Source: a phage
Length of the DNA stretch: 64,000 nt
Strand: one strand, 5' to 3'
NCBI GenBank assembly: GCA_017686895.1
Contig: GCA_017686895.1_4521.1
The notes below the pieces were generated by a model, which saw nothing but the letters and a program-made list of their open reading frames with translations, was not told where the DNA came from and did not search any database. The position numbers were made by a program, and so were the translations under genes. Positions 1 through 8,910 of the stretch are shown in pieces. Within the stretch, counting starts at the first letter, position 1, and the number at the start of each line of letters is the position of its first letter.

Positions 1-299
1 ACAAGATTGAAATTTATGGCATCCCTGAAGAAGTTGGACGTTGTCCAGGATGTTATACTGTTACAAAACTTTTAAAGGAGCTCAATGCTCCTTATACATT
101 TTATAAAGTCCTCACTAATAATGGTAAGATTGAATATGACCGTCCTTTAATCGTATCTCTTGCTAAACGTGCAGGATTCACTTCACTTAATATTCGTTAT
201 CCTGTCATATTTTTAAATGATAAGAAACAAAAGAATATTGCAGAGTTTAAAAAGTCCTTGATTTCATTAGGATACGACTCTGATATCATAGAAGATTGA
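1..299 (+). CDS. thioredoxin/glutaredoxin-fold protein (NrdC/NrdH-like), 5' end outside window
   Basis: Frame open from window edge (first full codon at 3); CPGC redox motif in IYGIPEEVGRCPGCY; stop at 297-299; absent from ORF track because no start in window. Confidence 0.5.
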   Translation, partial: KIEIYGIPEEVGRCPGCYTVTKLLKELNAPYTFYKVLTNNGKIEYDRPLIVSLAKRAGFTSLNIRYPVIFLNDKKQKNIAEFKKSLISLGYDSDIIED

Positions 300-371
300 C
301 CAGGTGCCGCCTGGTCTTCTTTATCCTATTTCTAATATAATCCATTAGAATCTTCACTTCACTATCTCCTT

Positions 372-647
372 GTGCCCCTCTCAAATCAAAAATATTTTCA
401 TAAACCAGTTTACATCCTCGATAGATATGTTAAGATTAAACCATCTGCTATAGAGGAAAACAAAATGACAATTGAAGATAAAGAAATTAAGGTTGACCAG
501 TATTATTCTGTCAATGGTAATGCAGTACGGATAACCAGAGTTTCAAGCCTGGATGTTTGGTACCGTTCAATCAAATATCCAGAAATTGGTGAAATGCTTT
601 GTGACCGTAGTATCTTCTGTTCAATTGCGAAGGAAATTAAGCCATGA
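372..647 (+). CDS. hypothetical protein (GTG start)
   Basis: 91-aa ORF in densely packed + strand block; no recognisable motif. Confidence 0.25.
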   Translation: MPLSNQKYFHKPVYILDRYVKIKPSAIEENKMTIEDKEIKVDQYYSVNGNAVRITRVSSLDVWYRSIKYPEIGEMLCDRSIFCSIAKEIKP

Positions 648-892
648 TTAGTTTAGATTCAAAGAAGGTTGTTCTAACCCTTAAAGTTAATGACGAGCAT
701 CCGGTATTCATTACCATTTCAGATTTGCATGTTGAAATTGCTAATGGCGTTCGTACTTATCAAGCAAATAAAACTCATTGGGATTATATCCCGATGTTGA
801 CGCTTACTCAGCGTTTAGAATCAATCGGTCTTAAAGACCTTTCAGTAAGTGAAGTGAATTTTATCAAACGTGTCGTATCAATCAACCTCTGA
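644..892 (+). CDS. hypothetical protein
   Basis: 82-aa ORF; ATGA start/stop overlap with upstream ORF. Confidence 0.3.
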   Translation: MISLDSKKVVLTLKVNDEHPVFITISDLHVEIANGVRTYQANKTHWDYIPMLTLTQRLESIGLKDLSVSEVNFIKRVVSINL

Positions 893-1193
893 GGTACTTA
901 TGGGTAAAACATATCGTCGTAAAGATTTGAAAGTTCGCGATTATGACTATTTTGGTAAGCGTAAAGCTCCTGACGGTGTTAGCCACAAAGACATGGTTGA
1001 AAACATTTTCCGCTCAGATAAATGGAAACGTATGAAAGGAGTTGATTCTGAAGTCAAGAATGAAATGAATCGACAACTCCGCAAAGAGGTTCGTAAGTTG
1101 AAAAAAGATGTTTACAGTAAAGAAGAGTATGATTATAATACTTCTCATACTGAAGCCAAACGTAAAGCTAACGAATGTTATCGTTACAGTTGA
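870..1193 (+). CDS. hypothetical basic protein
   Basis: 107-aa Lys/Arg-rich ORF; likely true start at internal ATG (MGKTYRRK). Confidence 0.35.
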   Translation: MSYQSTSEVLMGKTYRRKDLKVRDYDYFGKRKAPDGVSHKDMVENIFRSDKWKRMKGVDSEVKNEMNRQLRKEVRKLKKDVYSKEEYDYNTSHTEAKRKANECYRYS

Positions 1194-1200
1194 GGAAATT

Positions 1201-1335
1201 ATGAATATTAAACGAATGCTTTTTAAGCAAGGATTATATACTTTAAATGTTAATCCAAAGGGTGATACAACTAAATGGTCTGTAAATGACTGGATTAAGT
1301 TCATCGATGAAAATGGGGCGTGGAATACAAAATGA
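1201..1335 (+). CDS. hypothetical protein
   Basis: ATG at 1201 preceded by GAGGAAA Shine-Dalgarno; track ORF starts earlier at 1108. Confidence 0.35.
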   Translation: MNIKRMLFKQGLYTLNVNPKGDTTKWSVNDWIKFIDENGAWNTK

Positions 1336-1532
1336 ATCCTGAATCTATGTTATCGCAAAAGCTTCGTGAAGAACGTGCCGAATTCTTTGCCAATATGAAA
1401 CTCAACGGCGTTGAGGATGAAGACTTCTTACGCTGGTTCTGGATTTACAAATACAAAGAATGCCAGCACGCTGTACTATTGACTTGTGCAGCTATGTACG
1501 AAGGCTGGAAAGGCGCTAAAAAGTTCGGTTAA
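1332..1532 (+). CDS. hypothetical protein
   Basis: ATG overlaps upstream stop (ATGA coupling). Confidence 0.3.
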   Translation: MNPESMLSQKLREERAEFFANMKLNGVEDEDFLRWFWIYKYKECQHAVLLTCAAMYEGWKGAKKFG

Positions 1533-1535
1533 TAA

Positions 1536-1576
1536 TGTACAACGATAGGACGACATGTTATTATCTTCCTATCGTC
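1536..1576 (+). promoter_or_regulatory. early-promoter-like element with 9-bp inverted repeat flanking the -10
   Basis: TGTACA -35-like, TATTAT -10, arms acgatagga / tcctatcgt. Confidence 0.4.
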
Positions 1577-1595
1577 TTAAAATGAGGAAAATATC

Positions 1596-1835
1596 ATGGC
1601 CCAAGAATTAGATTTTATCAAATTCAAAAAACACCTCGACGTTAAAATTGGGGATTCAATTGTTAGGATTGAGTATGACATTTTAACAGATGCTATTACT
1701 GTTAGTTGTGATGGAAATAGTTTCAGCTTCGATACAACCGAAAACAAATACCCAATCTATAAAGGCATCTTTGATATGGGTGTTGATATTACTCCACGTG
1801 ATACAAATTACTTACTTTTCATGCTTAAAAAATAA
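1596..1835 (+). CDS. hypothetical protein
   Basis: 79-aa ORF preceded by promoter-like element and GAGGAAA SD. Confidence 0.4.
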   Translation: MAQELDFIKFKKHLDVKIGDSIVRIEYDILTDAITVSCDGNSFSFDTTENKYPIYKGIFDMGVDITPRDTNYLLFMLKK

Positions 1836-1873
1836 TATACAACTCTTGAGAGATGAGTATAATTCTCTCGTTG
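1834..1873 (+). promoter_or_regulatory. early-promoter/stem-loop cassette (PeSL-like), copy 1
   Basis: acaactcttgagagatgagTATAATtctctc; GAGAGA/TCTCTC arms flank -10; near-identical copy at 47384-47423. Confidence 0.45.
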
Positions 1874-1900
1874 GATAATAAAATAACCGAGGAAAATAAT

Positions 1901-2233
1901 ATGTCTACTAAAATCAAAAACGTAGTTAATTCTTTCGCTTTCGATAAAGTTGTTGCTCTTCTGGAATCCGGCAATATTGTTACTCCTCAAGTTCTTGACG
2001 CGTGGGAATTCCGTCTTTATGAAATCATGCAAAAACACGACCAGAAAATTGGACGTAATTCTATTCGCGAAATTCTAGTGCAATATATTCTTTCTGAATT
2101 TGACGTTGCTGCATTTGGTGTTGAATCTAAAGCTTATCAGAAACATGAAATCTCTGAAAAGACTATCCGTCGTATGAAAAATCAACGTAAGAAAAAATTC
2201 GTTGACCTTAAAATTGTTAAGGCGGTAAAATGA
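1901..2233 (+). CDS. hypothetical protein
   Basis: ATG at 1901 after GAGGAAA SD; downstream of promoter-like cassette at 1834-1873. Confidence 0.4.
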   Translation: MSTKIKNVVNSFAFDKVVALLESGNIVTPQVLDAWEFRLYEIMQKHDQKIGRNSIREILVQYILSEFDVAAFGVESKAYQKHEISEKTIRRMKNQRKKKFVDLKIVKAVK

Positions 2234-2457
2234 GCGTATTAACAGAAACTTTGATTAATGACCTGCGTCTAGCTGGTTACGAAGTTGGTACAAATAGCCT
2301 AGGTCTTCCTCAGATTGAAGGTCCTGGATTTATTCTAGAATACGAATTCAAACAATGGTGGTTATATGCTACGGTTGATGATGCATTGAATATTGATTTC
2401 GTCGACCAATTTGATTCATTGGATGCTGCTTTATTTGCCGCAAAGGAAATAGAATGA
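2230..2457 (+). CDS. hypothetical protein
   Basis: 75-aa ORF, ATGA overlap with upstream ORF. Confidence 0.35.
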   Translation: MSVLTETLINDLRLAGYEVGTNSLGLPQIEGPGFILEYEFKQWWLYATVDDALNIDFVDQFDSLDAALFAAKEIE

Positions 2458-2612
2458 AACTATCTCGAATCGCTATAACCGAAGAAAAGTATGGTGAATT
2501 TTAAGTCGACAACTTTATGAAAGTTACGTATCTTTGATAGTATCTCGTGCTTTAAGATAGGTCTCTAAATATTATGATATAATAGACCTATGAATTGAGC
2601 TAAGAGGTACTT

Positions 2613-3170
2613 ATGACTGAACAAAAACCTAAAAATAACTATGTGAATAATAAAGAGCTTCTCGCCGCTATAATCGAGTGGAAAAAGGAGCTCTTAAATA
2701 ATAAAGACCCAAACAAAATTATTCGTCAGAATGATACCATCGGTTTAGCAATTATGCTTATCGCCGAAGGCCTGTCCAAACGTTTCAACTTTTCAGGATA
2801 TACCCAGTCTTGGAAGCAGGAGATGATTGCAGATGGGATTGAAGCCTCTATTAAGGGACTTCATAATTTCGACGAAACTAAGTACAATAACCCACATGCA
2901 TACATAACTCGAGCTTGTTTTAATGCTTTTGTCCAACGTATCAAAAAAGAACGTAAGGAAGTTGCAAAGAAATATAGTTACTTCGTTCATAATGTCTACG
3001 ACAGTCATGACGATGATATGGTAGCGTTGGTAGATGAAACGTTTATTCAAGACATCTACGATAAAATGACGCATTATGAAGAATCCGCTTATAAAGCTCC
3101 TGGGGCTGAAAAGAAGGAAGTTGTTAGCGATTCGCCTAGTTTGGATTTTTTATATGAGGATGACAATTGA
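2613..3170 (+). CDS. 55: late-transcription sigma factor gp55
   Basis: N-terminus [27 protein letters not shown] closely matches T4 gp55 as recalled; 185 aa; synteny 55-47-46. Confidence 0.9.
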   Translation: MTEQKPKNNYVNNKELLAAIIEWKKELLNNKDPNKIIRQNDTIGLAIMLIAEGLSKRFNFSGYTQSWKQEMIADGIEASIKGLHNFDETKYNNPHAYITRACFNAFVQRIKKERKEVAKKYSYFVHNVYDSHDDDMVALVDETFIQDIYDKMTHYEESAYKAPGAEKKEVVSDSPSLDFLYEDDN

Positions 3171-3369
3171 CATCTCTAACTACTTAGAAGAACCTTTTGA
3201 CGAAGCAATCCCTTATTTGGTAAAACTGTTGGGTCGTGAATTTAAAATTAATTTTGACATCGACCCTTTGAACCCACATGACGTGTCATTTTCAATAAAT
3301 GGGACTCCAGTTGAGTACGAGTTCTGTATTGAAGAGGATGGACGTTTTTATTTTAATTTAATGAGATAA
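3160..3369 (+). CDS. hypothetical protein
   Basis: ORF at the position where T4 has alpha-gt; start chosen at ATG after GAGG. Confidence 0.3.
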   Translation: MTIDISNYLEEPFDEAIPYLVKLLGREFKINFDIDPLNPHDVSFSINGTPVEYEFCIEEDGRFYFNLMR

Positions 3370-3370
3370 T

Positions 3371-3694
3371 ATGACTACCGATATTATTGAAAATAAAGAA
3401 GCAGAAGATGCAGTAGCTAAAATGCTACAAGAAATCCAAAAGAAAAATGAAGCTGAAGCACGTAAAAAATCCGAAAAGATTCTTAAAAAGAATCGTTTTG
3501 AACTAAACCGTCTTTATGCACATGCTCAAGAAGCAGCAATTCAAAACAACTTCGAAGCTTACGAATATGCTATTAAGAAATCTCGGGATATTCTACGACA
3601 ACCATATAATGACAAGTTAATTAAAATCCAGTGGATTACTACTCGTCAGGCTATTGAGGACATCATTAATGGCGCTAGTTCAAACAAAGTTTAA
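3371..3694 (+). CDS. hypothetical protein
   Basis: 107-aa ORF, charged helical-looking sequence. Confidence 0.4.
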   Translation: MTTDIIENKEAEDAVAKMLQEIQKKNEAEARKKSEKILKKNRFELNRLYAHAQEAAIQNNFEAYEYAIKKSRDILRQPYNDKLIKIQWITTRQAIEDIINGASSNKV

Positions 3695-3875
3695 ACGTCT
3701 GAAGCTGAACGCAGGGTTCACCCTTAAATTGGGAGGTCCTCTTTGTGTTAAAATTTCTGAAAAGGAATATCACGACGGTTCTATTACAGAAATTTGTCCG
3801 CCTATTGTAAAGGCGGACCCAAAACAACTCGTGTGGGTCGATTCATTTCAAGTTAAGAAATGGTGGAAACGATGA
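3669..3875 (+). CDS. hypothetical protein
   Basis: ATG at 3669 with GAGGA SD; overlaps end of upstream ORF. Confidence 0.3.
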   Translation: MALVQTKFKRLKLNAGFTLKLGGPLCVKISEKEYHDGSITEICPPIVKADPKQLVWVDSFQVKKWWKR

Positions 3876-3913
3876 GAGAAATCGATTTAGGTATTTTCTG
3901 AGAGGTGCTTATG

Positions 3914-4087
3914 CGTGACGAACATCCCGACTTCTGAAAATTTCGATAAAATCCGTAAAGGCAAAGCAGAAAGAACGAGACGTTTTAAAGAGTCTTATGA
4001 TAAAGCTAAAGCCGAAGGAACTATTACATACAAGCCCATTCGATTTAAAAGTTCAAATGAGCCTCTGTACGGTGTACTATGTGGATA
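3914..4087 (+). CDS. hypothetical small basic protein (GTG start)
   Basis: 57-aa ORF hand-translated; GAGG SD upstream; followed by terminator hairpin; below the track size cut-off. Confidence 0.2.
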
Positions 4088-4088
4088 G

Positions 4089-4112
4089 GAACTCTTCGGA
4101 GTTCCTTTTTTG
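4089..4112 (+). terminator. intrinsic terminator-like hairpin (UUCG loop) + T-run
   Basis: ggaactc-ttcg-gagttcc followed by tttttt. Confidence 0.55.
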
Positions 4113-4135
4113 CTTTATAAACGGATGATAGAATG
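4111..4135 (+). promoter_or_regulatory. middle-promoter-like element (MotA box + -10) upstream of gene 47
   Basis: TTGCTTTA then 11 nt then TAGAAT. Confidence 0.5.
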
Positions 4136-4157
4136 AATTAACTAATGAGGAAATAAT

Positions 4158-5177
4158 ATGAAAATTTTGCACTTAGGCGACTTCCATATCGGAGTCAAAC
4201 AAGACGACCCATGGGTTCAAGATATTCAACGTGATGGTATTCGACAAGCAATTGAATACTCTAAGAAACACGGGATTAAAACTTGGATTCAGTACGGTGA
4301 TTGGTTTGACGTCCGTAAAGCAATAACACATCGTACAATGGAATTCAATCGTGAAATCGTTGATATGATTTCTAAAGCAGGCATTCACGTTCATGTCACG
4401 ATAGGAAACCATGACATGGCGTTTAAGAATACAATAACACCTAACACTGTTTCTGAATTGTTAACTCAATTTGAAAACTTTACTATTTACGAGCATCCAA
4501 CTACTGTAGATTTTGACGGATGTCTGATTGATATCGTTCCATGGATGTGTGAAGAAAATACAGGTGAAATCTTAGAGCACATCAAGACTTCTTCTGCTGC
4601 GTATTGTGTTGGTCACTGGGAACTGAACGGCTTTTATTTCTATAAAGGAATGAAGTCCCATGGGCTTGAACCTGATTTCTTAAAGACTTATAAACAAGTC
4701 TGGTCCGGCCACTTCCACACAATCTCTGAAGCTGCTAACGTCAAATATATTGGGACACCATGGACCCTTACTGCAGGTGATGAGAATGATCCTCGCGGAT
4801 TCTGGGTATTTGACACTGACGTTGAACGTATGGAATTTATTCCTAATGAAACAACATGGCATCGACGAATCACTTATCCATTTAAAGGCAAAATCAATTA
4901 TTCTGATTATACTAATCTAGCCGTACGTGTTATAGTATCAGAAATTGATTCAGAGTTGACTAAGTTTGAATCTGAACTTGAAAAAGTAGTTCACTCTCTT
5001 CGTATGGTTTCTAAAGTTGATAACAGTGTTGAATCTGATGACGACCAGGAAATCGAGATTAAATCACTTCAAGATATCATTAAAGAATATATTGACGCGA
5101 TTCCAGATATCTCAGACGAAGACAGAGAAGCGCTGGTCAAATATTCCAACGAACTTTATATTGAGGCAACACAATGA
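4158..5177 (+). CDS. 47: recombination endonuclease subunit gp47 (Mre11-like)
   Basis: MKILHLGDFHIG phosphoesterase motif; high similarity to T4 gp47 along its length as recalled. Confidence 0.92.
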   Translation: MKILHLGDFHIGVKQDDPWVQDIQRDGIRQAIEYSKKHGIKTWIQYGDWFDVRKAITHRTMEFNREIVDMISKAGIHVHVTIGNHDMAFKNTITPNTVSELLTQFENFTIYEHPTTVDFDGCLIDIVPWMCEENTGEILEHIKTSSAAYCVGHWELNGFYFYKGMKSHGLEPDFLKTYKQVWSGHFHTISEAANVKYIGTPWTLTAGDENDPRGFWVFDTDVERMEFIPNETTWHRRITYPFKGKINYSDYTNLAVRVIVSEIDSELTKFESELEKVVHSLRMVSKVDNSVESDDDQEIEIKSLQDIIKEYIDAIPDISDEDREALVKYSNELYIEATQ

Positions 5178-5431
5178 CTTTAGATGAATTTAATAATGCT
5201 GGGCTCGGGCTTGAAGTTGAAATAGACGTTAAAGATGATGATGGATTCGAGAACACTATCAAGTATTGGATTGAGCCATTACGCGTTGAAGGCAATGAAG
5301 TTAAAGCAGTTCATGTCTGCACCGACTGGGCTATTGAATTTAGCTTTAATATAATGGACAACGATACTCCTGGCTCTATTCTTAAAATGGCTGAAGCGTG
5401 TATTGAGGATGCGTATAATGACGAAGACTGA
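5174..5431 (+). CDS. hypothetical protein
   Basis: 85-aa acidic ORF between 47 and 46. Confidence 0.4.
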   Translation: MTLDEFNNAGLGLEVEIDVKDDDGFENTIKYWIEPLRVEGNEVKAVHVCTDWAIEFSFNIMDNDTPGSILKMAEACIEDAYNDED

Positions 5432-5657
5432 CTATGAAATCCATCGTCACGAATTTAGTATTGGTGACGGTTATATTGGTATCGTTGAATGGACTGAGAA
5501 TTACGAGGAATCAACTCCTCGTTTCTTTGGAACAATGTATGTTACCTGTGAGTACGCACCAGGTGTTGTTATGTATGCAGAACTAGATGAATATTTTGCT
5601 GATAGGGATGACATGTTAAAATATGTAGAGGACTTCACTCGAAGAGAATACATATGA
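5403..5657 (+). CDS. hypothetical protein
   Basis: 84-aa ORF between 47 and 46. Confidence 0.4.
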   Translation: MRMRIMTKTDYEIHRHEFSIGDGYIGIVEWTENYEESTPRFFGTMYVTCEYAPGVVMYAELDEYFADRDDMLKYVEDFTRREYI

Positions 5658-7342
5658 AATCATTTAAATTAAATCGTGTTCGTTATCAAAACATCATGTC
5701 GGTAGGTGGGAATCCTATTGATATCCAATTAGATAAAGTCCAAAAGACATTAATCACTGGTAAAAATGGTGGTGGTAAATCTACGATGTTAGAAGCCATT
5801 ACTTTCGGACTTTTCGGTAAACCATTTCGTGATGTTAAGAAAGGACAAATCATTAATAGCACGAACAAGAAAGAGCTCTTAGTTGAGCTTTGGATGGAAT
5901 TCGATGATAAAAAATACTTCATTAAACGAGGCCAAAAGCCCAATATTTTCGAAATCTCCGTTGACGGTGTTCGTCTTGATGAATCTGCCAGCAGTCGTGA
6001 CTTCCAAGAAGAATTTGAACGTAGCATCGGAATGTCATACGCGTCTTTTAAACAGATCGTTGTGCTTGGGACGGCAGGGTATACCCCTTTCATGGCTCTT
6101 AGCACCCCTGCTCGCAGAAAGCTTGTTGAAGACTTATTAGAAGTTGGAACACTAGCTGAAATGGATAAAATCAATAAGTCTCAAGTTCGAGAACTTAATT
6201 CCCAGGGACAAGTTCTCGATGCCAAGAAAGATGGTATTATCCAACAAATTAAGATTTATAACGAGAATATCGAGCGTCAAAAGAAATTATCTGGCGATAA
6301 TGTAGCGCGTCTACAGAATATGTATGACGACCTAGCCAAAGAAGCTCGTTCATTAAAGGCTGAAATCGAAGAAGCTAATGAGCGTCTACTTAATATCGTT
6401 CTTGACGAAGACCCTACTGAGGCATTCAACAAGATCGGACAAGAAGCATTCTTGATTAAATCTAAAATTGACTCATATAACAAAGTTATTAAGATGTATC
6501 ATGATGGCGGTACATGTCCTACTTGTGCATCACAGTTGCACCAGGGTGATCCTATTGTCTCTAAGATTACCGATAAGCTTCATGAATGTAATCACTCATT
6601 CGAGCAACTTACCTGCCACAGAGATAATCTGAGTGTCCTAGTGGACGAATATAGAGCTAATGTTAAGACTAAGCAGGACCTTGCATCTGATATTCGTACC
6701 AAGAAACAAGCAATGATTGCCACTATTGATAAAGCTAAGAAAGTTAAAGCTGCAATAGAACAAGCCTCGGCGGAATTTATCGACCATGCCGATGAGATAG
6801 CTTTGCTTCAAAAAGAACTTGATAAAATCATTAAAACAAAATCGGATATCGTTCTTGAAAAATACCATCGTGGTATTATCACAGATATGTTAAAAGATTC
6901 TGGTATTAAAGGTGCTATCATTAAAAAATATGTGCCTCTGTTCAACAAGCAGATTAACCATTACCTTAAAATCATGGAAGCTGATTACGTGTTTTCTATT
7001 GACGAAGAATTCAATGAATCTATAAAATCACGTGGCCGTGAAGAGTTCAGTTATGCTTCATTTAGTCAAGGCGAAAAAGCGCGTATCGATATCGCATTGT
7101 TGTTTACATGGCGAGATATTGCTGAAAAGGTCTCTGGTGTTAGAATCAATACATTAATTATGGACGAAGTCATGGATTCCGCGACTGATTCTGAAGGTAT
7201 TAAAGCTATTTCAACAATTCTTAACTCTCTAACCGATGCAAACGTGTTTATAATTAGTCACAGAGACCATGACCCACAAGCTTATGGACAACATCTTCAA
7301 ATGAGCAAAGTTGGACGATTTACTGTAATGACTGTTTCATAA
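5654..7342 (+). CDS. 46: recombination endonuclease subunit gp46 (Rad50/SbcC-like ATPase)
   Basis: Walker A GKNGGGKST, coiled-coil middle, CPTC zinc hook; matches T4 gp46 as recalled. Confidence 0.92.
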   Translation: MKSFKLNRVRYQNIMSVGGNPIDIQLDKVQKTLITGKNGGGKSTMLEAITFGLFGKPFRDVKKGQIINSTNKKELLVELWMEFDDKKYFIKRGQKPNIFEISVDGVRLDESASSRDFQEEFERSIGMSYASFKQIVVLGTAGYTPFMALSTPARRKLVEDLLEVGTLAEMDKINKSQVRELNSQGQVLDAKKDGIIQQIKIYNENIERQKKLSGDNVARLQNMYDDLAKEARSLKAEIEEANERLLNIVLDEDPTEAFNKIGQEAFLIKSKIDSYNKVIKMYHDGGTCPTCASQLHQGDPIVSKITDKLHECNHSFEQLTCHRDNLSVLVDEYRANVKTKQDLASDIRTKKQAMIATIDKAKKVKAAIEQASAEFIDHADEIALLQKELDKIIKTKSDIVLEKYHRGIITDMLKDSGIKGAIIKKYVPLFNKQINHYLKIMEADYVFSIDEEFNESIKSRGREEFSYASFSQGEKARIDIALLFTWRDIAEKVSGVRINTLIMDEVMDSATDSEGIKAISTILNSLTDANVFIISHRDHDPQAYGQHLQMSKVGRFTVMTVS

Positions 7343-7384
7343 ACGCTTTAACATGATGTGGTTATAATGACCACATCAAATTAA

Positions 7385-7585
7385 ATGGAGAACAACATGG
7401 AGTATTCAACCGGACAACATCTTCTTGTTGTCCCTGAAATTAAAAAATATGTTTTGACCAATATGTTTTCAGGTGAAGAACATATTGTTACTGAACAAAT
7501 GCTCAAATCTGCTTTTAAAGATGAGTATAATAAAATAATGTCTAATCGCAATTCCGCATGGACAGTTACCGACTTCTACGAATAA
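7385..7585 (+). CDS. hypothetical protein
   Basis: 66-aa ORF. Confidence 0.35.
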   Translation: MENNMEYSTGQHLLVVPEIKKYVLTNMFSGEEHIVTEQMLKSAFKDEYNKIMSNRNSAWTVTDFYE

Positions 7586-7597
7586 GAGAGAAATAAT

Positions 7598-8014
7598 ATG
7601 TTTACTACTGCTAAAGGTTTTACCGCTGCTGATCTGAAAGTTACTTCTATCCGTACTGACGCTAACCCGCATAACCATAATCGTGTTCGTAAAGCATGGG
7701 TCCTGCATTGTGATGACGCAAGTGCTAAAAAGCTTCAATCTTTGCCACAAGAAACTCGTTTTATGATTTATGGTTTTATTGATAACGATGTATCTGATAT
7801 GTGGATTCATCTGATGCGTAAGCACTATAAAGATTCTATTGAAGCAGGTGGAAAAATCGTTCTTGATAAAGATGGTTCTGAGCGCCTGGAAGATTTCTAC
7901 TGTGTTGATGCCGACGAACAATTAATTGCAGCTGGCGAAATTGTTGCTTCTAAAATTCCAGAATATATTGAATCACTGCCTGAAGCTATTAAAAAGCAGA
8001 TGGTCGCTGCTTGA
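7598..8014 (+). CDS. hypothetical protein (possible RpbA by position only)
   Basis: 138-aa ORF upstream of gene 45 where T4 has rpbA; sequence identity not verified. Confidence 0.35.
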   Translation: MFTTAKGFTAADLKVTSIRTDANPHNHNRVRKAWVLHCDDASAKKLQSLPQETRFMIYGFIDNDVSDMWIHLMRKHYKDSIEAGGKIVLDKDGSERLEDFYCVDADEQLIAAGEIVASKIPEYIESLPEAIKKQMVAA

Positions 8015-8910
8015 TAATTATGAATTTAATATATCTTATAACCTTTTATAATCGTGAGATTAAAAATGAATACCCGTGTTATTATATAGGTTCTAAAGTT
8101 TCGTGTCATTTTAATGGAAAGGATATTATTGAAGATTCTACCGGTAAAATATATACCGGTAGTGTTAATTCCTCGTATTCTCCTTTATATAACAGATTAA
8201 TAGACCAAGGCGAATATTCTGTAAAAATTTTAGGCGAAACCACATTAGACCCTAGAAGAATAGAAAGACTATTCCAACTCAATGTTAAAGCCGTTTCAAA
8301 TGAAAAATATTTTAATAAGGCTTATGCTAACGAGAAGTCTAGAATATCAGCTAAAGGATATGCACCGTATAAAAATTTAAAAACAGGCAAAATAGTAAAA
8401 CTTTCTAAAAACGAAATAAACGAAGATTACGTCGGTGTTAGAAAAAATTGCAAATTGTCGGAGAATCATTTAAACGCAATTAGAGAATTTCAAAAAACAT
8501 ATTGGACCAAAGAACGAAGAGAGAAAGTTTCTATTCGTTCTAAAAAAATGTTTAACGATAGAGATTTTGCTTTAAAATTTAAAGATATAATGAATTCTCC
8601 TAATGTTAAAGATAAAATAAAAATATCTAAAACATTGTATTGGTCTAAACCTGAAAATAGAGCAAAGGCCTCTATCGCAGCTTCGAAAAGAAATGCAACC
8701 AAAGAATTTAAGGATAAATTCAGAAAATCTAAAGCTAGAGGTACATGGATATTTCATGAACAAAAATTAAAGGAATTGTGGATTGCTTTAGGAAAACCAA
8801 GTTATATTACATTTAGAAAACATGCAATTCAGCATGGTTTTAATGATGAATCATACCAAGGTGCTATCCGGTCTTGGACAAATTATTATGCTAATAGGAA
8901 ACCTAAATGA
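8011..8910 (+). CDS. homing-endonuclease-like protein (GIY-YIG-like N-terminus, NUMOD-like C-terminal repeats)
   Basis: N-term LIYLITFYNREIKNEYPCYYIGSK resembles GIY..YIG; Lys-rich C-terminal S-x-x-x-K/R repeats; markedly AT-rich relative to flanking genes. Confidence 0.5.
   Translation: MIIMNLIYLITFYNREIKNEYPCYYIGSKVSCHFNGKDIIEDSTGKIYTGSVNSSYSPLYNRLIDQGEYSVKILGETTLDPRRIERLFQLNVKAVSNEKYFNKAYANEKSRISAKGYAPYKNLKTGKIVKLSKNEINEDYVGVRKNCKLSENHLNAIREFQKTYWTKERREKVSIRSKKMFNDRDFALKFKDIMNSPNVKDKIKISKTLYWSKPENRAKASIAASKRNATKEFKDKFRKSKARGTWIFHEQKLKELWIALGKPSYITFRKHAIQHGFNDESYQGAIRSWTNYYANRKPK

Noticed and set aside
5686-6174. 162-aa ORF on the - strand inside gene 46 (and the + strand ORF 5883-6140 in another frame)
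   Set aside because: Lies entirely within the well-supported gp46 coding region; no ribosome-binding site or promoter; most likely a chance ORF.
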